DNA from: Ktedonobacteria bacterium
Lineage (GTDB): Bacteria; Chloroflexota; Ktedonobacteria; Ktedonobacterales; JACDGC01
DNA: 64,000 nt
Assembly: GCA_027459525.1 (NCBI GenBank)
Contig: DAIDIC010000143.1
Coordinates: forward strand, 3,704 to 67,703
Direction: 5' to 3'
A program made the translations under genes and the position numbers. Below the pieces are notes generated by a model, which worked only from the letters and a program-made list of their open reading frames with translations, ran no database searches and was not told the origin of the DNA. Positions 9,270 to 18,264 of the stretch are shown piece after piece (the stretch's first letter is position 1; each line of letters starts with the position of its first letter).

Positions 9270-10675
9270 TCCAGCAGTACTTTCACTTCAACCATAGAAC
9301 CGCCGGCCGGATTAGAAATAATCTGCAGTTCACCATGGATTTGCTCAGCGTTGCGATACATGCGATACATTCCGGGCAACTCACCGCGCTGAAATCGTTC
9401 CGGCATAGCTTCAGTGTCGAATCCTGCGCCGTTATCTTTTACCGCGGCGCGCAAAATTCTGTTATGCTTAGAAACTTCCACGGCGCAAGCAGACCCTTGA
9501 GAATGTTTTACAGCGTTTTCGGCGGCTTCGGTAATAATGATAAACAGCGCGCGCGTTATATCCGCGCTTAACACAGCAGCGCACTGATAATCCAGTGTAC
9601 AGTCAAAAGTTGTATGCTGATTTAAATATTCCACATACAGTTCTAATGATTGCTGTAAACCATATTGTTCCGGTGTTGCGCCAATCATCAGCGAGGAAAT
9701 TTCATTGAGCGAGCGACCCAGATCTTCCAATTTCTGATACATGCGGCGAATTTCATTTCTTGCCTGCCAGATATCAGTTTCAGCAGCGACATCAGCCGAC
9801 TGTACACAGCGCAGCAAAGTTTCCATTTCACGCTTCGGCCGCAATACAATAAATTGCGAAACCGCCTCTTTTCTCGCCATCTCCAGAGCAAATAGCTGCG
9901 GCAAATCAGGCGCAGGAGTATTGCGAAATGACTGAAGCTTCAATGCAGCAAAATACGCCAGCGATTGAACAGATTCATATTTCATGGGAGAAAAATCCAC
10001 TGCCGGAGCGGCAAACACCACTTCCAATGCGCCAAGAATCTGCTCATCTGCCAGCAAAGGCACAGCCAACGCCGCCGCCGGAGGCCGGGGAAATAATTTT
10101 TTTTCTATTTCCATCGTCTCGGGCGGAAACTGCCCCGTATATTCAGTATTTTGCGCAAAAATAATCTCCCGCCGTGCGCAGGCGATACCAGCAAAACCTT
10201 CTTGCAATTTTAAAGAATTTAACTGCGGCAGCGAAAACAACCCAGAAAGAGATCCGGAAAACGCCGTTTGCTCATCAACAGGATCTTCAATAAATATATA
10301 TGGCTCTAATGTTTGTGTTTTATTATCAAACACGAACATCAAGCATTGGCCGCCGGTTATTGCCGCCGCCGCGCGGGTGATAATCCGCCCCAGCCGCTGC
10401 GGTGAATCTGCCGCGTTCAGCAATACCATTGAGTGAGAAAGCACCCGGCCAATAAAACTTTCCTGCGAAACAGTGTCTTTCTGCTCCGCAGGAAAGGTTC
10501 CCCATCCCTGTGGACTTTTTGGCCGAATATGATAAATCTCCGTAGAGTTTGGTATCATATGAGATATCCTTTCAATTTTTCTAAGATACGCATTTTTTAT
10601 ACCGGTTTCAAAAACTCGCACATCCCTGCAAACCCATTTCTGACATAACAGCCAATCGGAAACCAAAAATTTCAC
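9266..10675 (-). CDS. GAF-domain sensor protein with HATPase_c domain (histidine-kinase-like, H-box not evident)
   Basis: 469-aa ORF with a central GAF-like region. The C-terminal ATPase has an N-box EAAENAVKHS and a G-box DNGAGFD. At the position where the HisKA_3 His is expected the sequence reads RRMYQKLEDL. The start is uncertain, with an alternative M at 10558. Confidence 0.7.
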   Translation of the reverse strand: MKFLVSDWLLCQKWVCRDVRVFETGIKNAYLRKIERISHMIPNSTEIYHIRPKSPQGWGTFPAEQKDTVSQESFIGRVLSHSMVLLNAADSPQRLGRIITRAAAAITGGQCLMFVFDNKTQTLEPYIFIEDPVDEQTAFSGSLSGLFSLPQLNSLKLQEGFAGIACARREIIFAQNTEYTGQFPPETMEIEKKLFPRPPAAALAVPLLADEQILGALEVVFAAPAVDFSPMKYESVQSLAYFAALKLQSFRNTPAPDLPQLFALEMARKEAVSQFIVLRPKREMETLLRCVQSADVAAETDIWQARNEIRRMYQKLEDLGRSLNEISSLMIGATPEQYGLQQSLELYVEYLNQHTTFDCTLDYQCAAVLSADITRALFIIITEAAENAVKHSQGSACAVEVSKHNRILRAAVKDNGAGFDTEAMPERFQRGELPGMYRMYRNAEQIHGELQIISNPAGGSMVEVKVLLD

Positions 10676-10756
10676 CGGCGCGCAATCCTATCATCTGTTA
10701 CTATCGACATAATTCAAAAAATATGATACCCTGCATTTGCAGCTTTTTGGCTAGAG

Positions 10757-12607
10757 GTGATTATGCTTAATCCGCCACCGCGCTCAGTAAACTACAAAAC
10801 GCCCCAAAGTTTCTCTATAACCCGGCAGTTTATTTTCATCATTTTAACGATGCTGATGTTTTCCGTTGTTTTAACATATCTCTATACTCAAGCTTCTCCA
10901 AATTTTCAACACGCCGCTTCCTCCACGATCATCATCGATATCTCTGGGGTCCGACCCGATATGATTTCACAGGCCATTACCCCAAATATCTATCAAGTTG
11001 GGCAAAATGGCGTTATTGCATTGAACCATCACAGCATATTCCCAAACACCTATTTAGCGGCAACAGCTGCTTTAGCCACCGGAGATTATCCGGGGACATT
11101 TGCCAAATCGCTCATTGCACCACCCTTAACCAATAACTTTACCGGCATATACTCTGCAGCCGCCCCAGTCGCCAAACCGCAGATCGGGTCAAATTTTTTT
11201 CTGCCGCTAAGCGCGCCAAATATTGCAGATTTGATAGCAAATGAAACGCAAACCTCAGTTTCCTTGCCACCAACACTGGCAGCAAAAGCGCTGGCGCAAA
11301 ACATCAATGTTTCCATTCAAGGCTCTATGAATAACGCCTTGCTGCAGGGGCTTACTTTATACAACGATACCCCCGCAAATATCTATATAATGGATTCATC
11401 TGTCACCTATCCGGCTTCATTGCAAAGCGTAACGACGCCGCTTCTGTCAAAAAACATAACCTACGATCAATACTTAACCCAAGCATATATTCAAGATATA
11501 TTACCGAAAATTTCGCAAAATGGCGCATTGTTTCTCAGTGAACTTCAATTTGGTGACACATTGCAAGCAATGACACAGAACGGTGTTGGTTCTCAGCAAA
11601 TGAACAGCGCCTTAGCAGAAGATGACGCCAATGTCGCAGCCATAATTGCTGCATTGAATACCAATAAATTACAAAATTCCGTCAATATTATCATCACTTC
11701 TGACCACGGCATGTTGAATACACTTGCTGCCAACGGCTCAGATTCATCTGCCAATACCCAAACAGATATTGCGCAGATGATAGCCAACGAGGCAGCTAAA
11801 GGAGACTCTGGAGCGTTGCCGCAAGTGGGTATTCAGGGAGTCACCACACAAACGTTAACCGCAAACACAACTTTGGCAATTGCGCAAGAAGGCGAAACCG
11901 GATATATATACATGCCGCAAACACCGGCGCTGGCAAAGATTGCGCGCGGCAACAGCATTCAAGCCAAAGGAGACTTAATACAGCAATTAATACCATACCT
12001 GCTTTCGCTGCCGCAAGTTTCCATGGTATTTGTCAACGACGCCGCCGGAGAATTTGATGGAGCAATCCCCTTTAGCGCTGTTGGCTTGAATAGCCCGTCT
12101 GCTCCAATGCTGCTATATACGCTTGCCGCGTTTCCTCAAACAGCCATACATCTTGCGCAAAATATCCAGGAATTCACCGGAGCAGCATACTCAACTTCTC
12201 TCGGTAAAGCCACGTTTGGGGGAATATCCGAGCGCGATCTGCGCGCCATATTTTTTGCCGAAGGCCCGGGGTTTAAGCAGGGATATTATGACAGCGCGCC
12301 AACCGGCATTACAGATATTGCGCCAACCGCCGCCGCGCTGCTGAACATTCCGGCGCAGCAAAACCAAGCAGGGCGCACGCTGGATGAGTTGCTGGCCGGC
12401 AGCGCATTTTACGGCAGTGTTTCCGCTGACACATATGTTGCGGCGCCGCGCTTACTGTCAAATGGCGATATATATGTTGCAGTAATACTCTATCAGCGCG
12501 CCGGTTCAACAACATATATAGAAGCCGGCGGCTCAATCATCGGAGCGCCTGGATCATCTGCAGCCAAATTACAAACACAGCTTGAACTGACTTTGCAATC
12601 ATCTTAG
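10757..12607 (+). CDS. Alkaline-phosphatase-superfamily protein (nucleotide pyrophosphatase/phosphodiesterase-like), membrane anchored
   Basis: 616-aa ORF with an N-terminal TM helix. IIIDISGVRPD and IIITSDHGML are metal-ligand motifs typical of the type I phosphodiesterase / NPP family. Confidence 0.6.
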   Translation: MIMLNPPPRSVNYKTPQSFSITRQFIFIILTMLMFSVVLTYLYTQASPNFQHAASSTIIIDISGVRPDMISQAITPNIYQVGQNGVIALNHHSIFPNTYLAATAALATGDYPGTFAKSLIAPPLTNNFTGIYSAAAPVAKPQIGSNFFLPLSAPNIADLIANETQTSVSLPPTLAAKALAQNINVSIQGSMNNALLQGLTLYNDTPANIYIMDSSVTYPASLQSVTTPLLSKNITYDQYLTQAYIQDILPKISQNGALFLSELQFGDTLQAMTQNGVGSQQMNSALAEDDANVAAIIAALNTNKLQNSVNIIITSDHGMLNTLAANGSDSSANTQTDIAQMIANEAAKGDSGALPQVGIQGVTTQTLTANTTLAIAQEGETGYIYMPQTPALAKIARGNSIQAKGDLIQQLIPYLLSLPQVSMVFVNDAAGEFDGAIPFSAVGLNSPSAPMLLYTLAAFPQTAIHLAQNIQEFTGAAYSTSLGKATFGGISERDLRAIFFAEGPGFKQGYYDSAPTGITDIAPTAAALLNIPAQQNQAGRTLDELLAGSAFYGSVSADTYVAAPRLLSNGDIYVAVILYQRAGSTTYIEAGGSIIGAPGSSAAKLQTQLELTLQSS

Positions 12608-12730
12608 CCTGCCGGCAACTTTGGCTAACACTCGCGCAACATGCCGCCGCGGCAACGCGCTATAGCGGCATGCGCCATTCTCAATCAAAAAGAAGTAGGG
12701 GCGCGATCCCCAAACCACCCCCGTTATGTT

Positions 12731-14122
12731 TTAAGCGCTGATATGCGCCGCCTGTTCGTCATCTTTTACAAAACGCGCGCCCCAAATTCCGATAACACCG
12801 GCAGCTAAAAGCACGGGAACGCTGGTAACAAGAAACGCAACTCCGGGAGAATTATTGTATGTTACCTGAAAACCCAATATCGTATGATTCTTTAACATAT
12901 CGCTTAAAAATCCCGCGATAGCAGGCGAAAACAGATCTCCAAAAAAATGCGAAAGCAGCAAGGTAAGCCCAACTGCAGCGCCTTGCTTGAGTGGGGTTAC
13001 TACATCTTGAGTAACCGCTGTTAACGGGCCGCTGTTTACCTGCAACATGGCAACTGTAATAATATACAACGGAAAGAAAATACCTAATATGCGAACCGAA
13101 TCGGAAATTGGCAGCGGAGCTAACAAAACAATAATTGCAATTGCATAAAGCGGCGCGCTGATTAAAAAGCTCCACCCACTCACAAGCACACGCGATCCGG
13201 GGAAGCGCTTTTTCAGTGTATCGGCGGCCCAGCCACCCCCAAGCAAGCCAATAACACCGCCAATTACAGTGCCGGCGCCGACCAAAGTAAGCGGAGAAAC
13301 CGTATGAAAATTCGGGAACATTCTGCCAAACAGCGGTGTGATAAACACGAGGGTTACGCCATACACAAAAAAGCTGAGCGCCTGCAACGCTACAACAATG
13401 CGCAAGGTATTAATTTTCCAGATATATGCAATATTGCGCCAAAATGAAGCCATACCTTCACGAACCAGCGCCGCTTCAATATTATCATCTTCATTATTGC
13501 GGCGCGGCAGTTCCTTCAGAAGCAAAATGAGCAATGATAATATCAACCCGGGAACAGCAAAGAAATAAAATACCGGACGCCATTGATTATTGAATATACC
13601 ATACAGAATACCGGCGCCAATATAGCCAAAAGCTAAGCCGGCAAGTAAGCCCGTATTCCAGCGGCTCATCACTATGGAACGCTTTTCTTTGGGATACGCC
13701 GAAGTTAAAATAGATGTGCTGGCGGGGAAATAGCCGCCTTCACCGGCGCCCAGCGCGGCGCGGGTGGCAAATAGCGAGGCAAAATTTGGCGCAAATGCGG
13801 TAAACGCTGTTGCAATACTCCAAAACGCAATACTGCCACCGACTACATCTTTGCGCTTAATTTTATCGGCCAGTAAACCTAATGGGAAAATGCTGACAGT
13901 ATAAACCAATAAGAATGAAGTTGCTAATAGTCCATATTCAAAGTCTGAAAGATGATACTCTGGCTGAATATAAAGACCTAAAGCCAAAAAAGCATAACGG
14001 TCGGCGTAATTAATAAAGTTAGCCAGCCATAGCAGCCAAAAATTATAATTTGCGGTTCGGTCAGTAATAGCTTGTCCGCCACTTTGCGACAGCCCGGCAG
14101 AGGATTCGAGAAATTGCCCCAT
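12731..14122 (-). CDS. MFS transporter
   Basis: 463-aa ORF with about 12 predicted hydrophobic helices. It has the MFS motif GLLADKIKRKD between TM2 and TM3. Confidence 0.85.
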   Translation of the reverse strand: MGQFLESSAGLSQSGGQAITDRTANYNFWLLWLANFINYADRYAFLALGLYIQPEYHLSDFEYGLLATSFLLVYTVSIFPLGLLADKIKRKDVVGGSIAFWSIATAFTAFAPNFASLFATRAALGAGEGGYFPASTSILTSAYPKEKRSIVMSRWNTGLLAGLAFGYIGAGILYGIFNNQWRPVFYFFAVPGLILSLLILLLKELPRRNNEDDNIEAALVREGMASFWRNIAYIWKINTLRIVVALQALSFFVYGVTLVFITPLFGRMFPNFHTVSPLTLVGAGTVIGGVIGLLGGGWAADTLKKRFPGSRVLVSGWSFLISAPLYAIAIIVLLAPLPISDSVRILGIFFPLYIITVAMLQVNSGPLTAVTQDVVTPLKQGAAVGLTLLLSHFFGDLFSPAIAGFLSDMLKNHTILGFQVTYNNSPGVAFLVTSVPVLLAAGVIGIWGARFVKDDEQAAHISA

Positions 14123-14480
14123 CGTTTTTTCTCCTGTTAACCGGAAAATAAACCGGCTTCCGATAAAATAACATATCCAAAACTATACCTCTTCGTGCAG
14201 CGTAATAGGCGCCGCCTTACATATTGGCCGAAGTTTTAAGGATATCAACGTGCCTCCAATTCTTTTTGAACCAGAGCAAATGCCATACGCCCAATGCAAA
14301 AGCAATAGAGCCGTCATTACCACATTATAGTTAAATATATTATGGCATGCGAACATTAAAATAACAATAAGACCGTTAAGAAAACATCCGCAGCGCTTGA
14401 TACACACCAAACAAGCTGTCCTCAAATCTCTTTCCCTATCCCCTCGAAATTGAAGGCGCCCCTGTGATACAATAATCTGT

Positions 14481-15899
14481 ATGCCGGATATAATTCTTGA
14501 AATTGCTCAGCGCTTTCACGCAGCCAAATATTCTATTCATATTGTCGGCGGAACGGTCCGCGACTCCCTTTTAGGGCGCACCGTAACGCCAGACACCGAT
14601 TTAACTACCGACGCAACCCCGGATATCATCAAAGATATCATTGCGCCGACGCATCCTCGCGCCGTTTCTTCCGTCGGAGAACGCTTTGGCACCGTCCAAA
14701 TTCACTATGACGATCCCACCGCTTCAGAAAGTGATCCGGATAAAACTATTATCCTGGAAATCACCACCTTTCGCAGTGAACAATATCTTTCCGATTCTCG
14801 CAAACCCGATGTAGTTTTTGGAAACAACCTAGAAGAAGACTTGCTGCGCCGCGATTTCACTATCAACGCTATGGCTATGGATCCGCTTACCGGCAGCATC
14901 ATCGATCCGTTTGGCGGCAAAATAGATCTTGAAGCTAAAATCATTCGCGCAGTTGGGAACGCCCCTAAAGAGCGTTTTGCTGAAGACCCCCTGCGCATGT
15001 TGCGCGCAGTGCGATTTGCCGCACAGTTAGGGTTTACTATTGAAAGCAGCACTGCGAAGGCGATTCAATCCGAGGCGCATACCCTGCAAAAAATAAGTTG
15101 GGAACGCATACGCGATGAAATGTGCAAAATATTGCTCTCACCGCGGCCGGCAATTGGCTTGCGTCTCGCCGCTGAATTAGGTCTGGCGCAATATTTTATG
15201 CCGGAAATGATCTATCTGCAAGGAGTGCATCAACGACCCGGACACAGCAAAGATGTTTTTGAGCATACCATGCGCGTCGTGCAAAACTCTCCCGCAACGT
15301 TAACCAGCCGCTGGGCAGCGTTGCTGCACGATATCGCCAAGCCGCGCACCTACAGCAATGAAAACGGTCAGGTGCATTTTTTCGGCCATGAAGATATTGG
15401 CGCAATCATGGCAAAAGATATTTTGCGCCGACTTCATTTTGATAAGCCGTTTATTGAAAAAATCTCGAAAATCGTAAAAATGCATATGCGAGTGAACGCA
15501 TATATCCCCGATTGGACTGATGGCGCCGTGCGCAGAATGATGCTGGACGCAGGCGAAGCCTTGCCCGAATTATTAACACTTTCCCGCGCAGATATTACCA
15601 GCTATCGGCAAGATAAAATTCTTCGCGCCAGCGCTCTCAGCGCCGAGCTGGATGAACGCTGCCGCAAACTGCGCGAAGAATCGGAACGTGTTCCCATAAA
15701 AAGCCCGCTGGATGGCAATGAGCTGATGCAAATCTTCAGTCGGCAGCCCGGACCATGGATTAAAGAAATTAAAGAACATTTGCTTTCATTGGTTATAGAT
15801 GGAGCCTTGGCGCCAGACGATAAAGAAGAGGCGCAACGCATAGCCGATGAACTGCTGCATAATCTGCCGCAATCCAAAAGTACACCAAACGTCAATTAA
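14481..15899 (+). CDS. cca: CCA-adding enzyme / tRNA nucleotidyltransferase with HD domain
   Basis: Head-domain motif IHIVGGTVRDSLLGR...DTDLTT, RRDFTINAMA, and an HD motif LLHDIAKP...GHE. Confidence 0.85.
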   Translation: MPDIILEIAQRFHAAKYSIHIVGGTVRDSLLGRTVTPDTDLTTDATPDIIKDIIAPTHPRAVSSVGERFGTVQIHYDDPTASESDPDKTIILEITTFRSEQYLSDSRKPDVVFGNNLEEDLLRRDFTINAMAMDPLTGSIIDPFGGKIDLEAKIIRAVGNAPKERFAEDPLRMLRAVRFAAQLGFTIESSTAKAIQSEAHTLQKISWERIRDEMCKILLSPRPAIGLRLAAELGLAQYFMPEMIYLQGVHQRPGHSKDVFEHTMRVVQNSPATLTSRWAALLHDIAKPRTYSNENGQVHFFGHEDIGAIMAKDILRRLHFDKPFIEKISKIVKMHMRVNAYIPDWTDGAVRRMMLDAGEALPELLTLSRADITSYRQDKILRASALSAELDERCRKLREESERVPIKSPLDGNELMQIFSRQPGPWIKEIKEHLLSLVIDGALAPDDKEEAQRIADELLHNLPQSKSTPNVN

Positions 15900-15930
15900 T
15901 CGGCGCTCCGGTTCTTGCGCAAAGTTTTTT

Positions 15931-16422
15931 TCACTTCTTTTGCGAGGTGTCTTTTGGAATAACGCTGATAGACCCGTCAACCTCCATTACAGCCAATGCA
16001 ACATCGTTCATAGACTCTACGCCATGTTCGCGCAACGCCGCCATAAATTCCTCTTCGGTAATATCTTCCCGGCGCAGCGCTCTCTGTATAACAGCGCCTT
16101 TCGCCGCAAGCACGGTTGGGACGCCGATAACCGCCTTGCGAAACAATATACTGCGGCTGTCCAGCCATGTAACCGCATAGCTTAGCGCCAGCAGCGCCAC
16201 CGCCGCAAGTATGCCCCCATCTAAAGATGTGTCTGGCCCTGTCATAGCGTTTTGCACGGTGTTCGCTATCAATAGCAGCAATGTTAAATCAAATGCGCTT
16301 AACTGGCCCAACTCTCTTTTACCAAATAAACGCAAAGCAACAAGCATAAAAATATATACAATAACCACACGAAACAAAATCTGCCACAATGTTCCGTCCA
16401 GTGTTAAAAAGCCGTTCCACAT
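15931..16422 (-). CDS. DUF421 (YetF-like) membrane protein
   Basis: 163-aa ORF with N-terminal TM helices. It is paralogous to 16668-17210 (shared LRLxGxRxLGQ, LLLIxNxVQNAMxGxDTS, GG(I)xAA motifs). Confidence 0.7.
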   Translation of the reverse strand: MWNGFLTLDGTLWQILFRVVIVYIFMLVALRLFGKRELGQLSAFDLTLLLLIANTVQNAMTGPDTSLDGGILAAVALLALSYAVTWLDSRSILFRKAVIGVPTVLAAKGAVIQRALRREDITEEEFMAALREHGVESMNDVALAVMEVDGSISVIPKDTSQKK

Positions 16423-16440
16423 ACCATTATCCTATATTCT

Positions 16441-16578
16441 TAGGGCTTTCGCTTGAAAGAGAAACGTATATTTCTCGTATCTGCAACAAAGGGTGGTCTG
16501 GGGATACCCCCAGAACCTCGTACAAAGGGCGCCGCCCCTTGTACATCCCCAATGTTCCATGCTGCAGCGAAAGTCCTG
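16441..16578 (-). mobile_element. Family-A 138-bp TIR element, copy 4
   Basis: The reverse complement is full length (CAGGACTTTCGCTGCAGCATGGAACATTGGGGATGTACAAGGGGCGGCGCCCTTTGTACGAGG...AAGCGAAAGCCCTA). It lies between the two DUF421 genes, 18 nt upstream of the start of 15931-16422 and in the same orientation. Confidence 0.9.
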
Positions 16579-16667
16579 ACTCTATATCCTATATTCTTTT
16601 ATTCTTTCGGCAAAATCTTTCTGTGTTTGGCGCGCTGCCGTTACATACATTTCTTCCACAGCATCCT

Positions 16668-17210
16668 TCAGCGCCGCGGACGTCCGCGAATGCGCCGGTG
16701 ATGACGATGTGAATCGATTGTTGAAGATGAAATGGAAATGACCGCCGAATCATTGCCGATGACACTGATTGATCCGTCAATTTCCAGCACAGCAGATTTT
16801 ACTGCGCGATGATCCGGCAGACCGTGTTCGCGCGCCGCCGCATCCAACATTTCAGTTTCTATTAAGCATCGCGCGCAATTTTGTATAATTATCTTGCCAT
16901 TCTGCGCCAATGGCACAGGTTCTCCGCTGGTTAAACGCCTTATAACGGGAGAATTTTCGCTCAGCCAAGCTATGCCGGCGTTGAGCAGCAAGAGTGTAAC
17001 AGCCGCTATGATCCCACCGGTTATTGATGTATCGGTTCCCACCATAGCGTTTTGCACCGAGTTGCTGATGAGCAGCAGCAGCGCCAATTCTACAACGGTC
17101 GATTGGCCAAGAGGCCTGGCTCCAAGCAGGCGCAGCCCAATTAAAAACACAAAATACACGATACTTGTCCGCACAATGATAACAAGTAATGAAGCGTTCC
17201 AAATAAACAT
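16668..17210 (-). CDS. DUF421 (YetF-like) membrane protein
   Basis: 180-aa ORF, a tandem paralogue of 15931-16422. Confidence 0.7.
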   Translation of the reverse strand: MFIWNASLLVIIVRTSIVYFVFLIGLRLLGARPLGQSTVVELALLLLISNSVQNAMVGTDTSITGGIIAAVTLLLLNAGIAWLSENSPVIRRLTSGEPVPLAQNGKIIIQNCARCLIETEMLDAAAREHGLPDHRAVKSAVLEIDGSISVIGNDSAVISISSSTIDSHRHHRRIRGRPRR

Positions 17211-17283
17211 ATCGCTTCCCCATATATATTTTTTCTATCTGTATAGCGCTGGGTTCACAAACACCACGACAAAGATTTTTTAA

Positions 17284-17940
17284 TCAGCGCAATTTTTGAG
17301 CAACCTGCTCTGTCCAACGCATCAGTTCTGCGCCGTCCACCAATTTCAGTGGACGCGAAGCAGCCCATTCTTTAGCAGGAGCGGTAAACTCACCGGTGGT
17401 AACCAAAAAACCTTCTTTGGCGTGTTCGGCAAAACTGCCATAAAATTCTCGAACAATCGGCTGGCCAACAGTTCCTTTATATCTTTTACACTGCGCCACC
17501 AAACGCTTACCATCCTTGCGCAGCTCCACATCAATACCTTCATCGCCGCTTTTGCCAACAACTTTTGCAAAATATCCCATACGCTGAAATAAAAACGCTG
17601 TAAATTGCTCAAAACCACCCGGAGACATGGCGTATATATCATCAATAGAGTGGATTCCCAAAACTGTAGCTGCCCAGCTTTCTTTTTTATGCGTTCGCGC
17701 CCAAAATACCGCTAAAAGCACAATACAAACGGCCATTGCCGCGCCGATTGCCACATTTAAGGGGATATTACTTATTTTCGCTAACACAGTGTTATAAGCT
17801 GACACCGCTTGAGCGTCGATTCGAGGGACGATAAAAACCGCGCCATTCAATAAAAAAATTGCGCCGGCTAATACGATAAAAAAGCCAAAAATAAAATGAT
17901 ACCCAATTCGCCGGCGATGCGCATGATGTTTTCTTGCCAT
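17284..17940 (-). CDS. Membrane-anchored Mrr-type (PD-(D/E)xK) restriction-endonuclease-domain protein
   Basis: Two N-terminal TM helices. The C-terminal Mrr_cat-like core is FEQFTAFLFQRMGY...GDEGIDVEL...VAQCKRYKGTVGQPIVREFYG...GFLVTTGEFT. Confidence 0.75.
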   Translation of the reverse strand: MARKHHAHRRRIGYHFIFGFFIVLAGAIFLLNGAVFIVPRIDAQAVSAYNTVLAKISNIPLNVAIGAAMAVCIVLLAVFWARTHKKESWAATVLGIHSIDDIYAMSPGGFEQFTAFLFQRMGYFAKVVGKSGDEGIDVELRKDGKRLVAQCKRYKGTVGQPIVREFYGSFAEHAKEGFLVTTGEFTAPAKEWAASRPLKLVDGAELMRWTEQVAQKLR

Positions 17941-18264
17941 AAAAATATATTCCTTTCATTGCAATATCAATAAAATTATGCGGCTGCCTTTATCATAAAA
18001 TATGCTCGGAGACTATAAGCATATTGGGCTATATAACAAAGCGGCCATTGTTCGTGGTACGATATATATCATACACGGGCTATCATTATACACCGTAGTA
18101 TGATGAATGAAAGAATGCCTTGCGCAACACACAGCCATTTCTTCATATGCCGCGCCACACACCTTGCCATTCTTGGCCAAGAGCGATAATGGCTGATGAA
18201 GATATGCGTTGACCGCTGCAATGCGAGTTTCATTCTTACACCATTTAAGGGAGATTGGTTGAAA

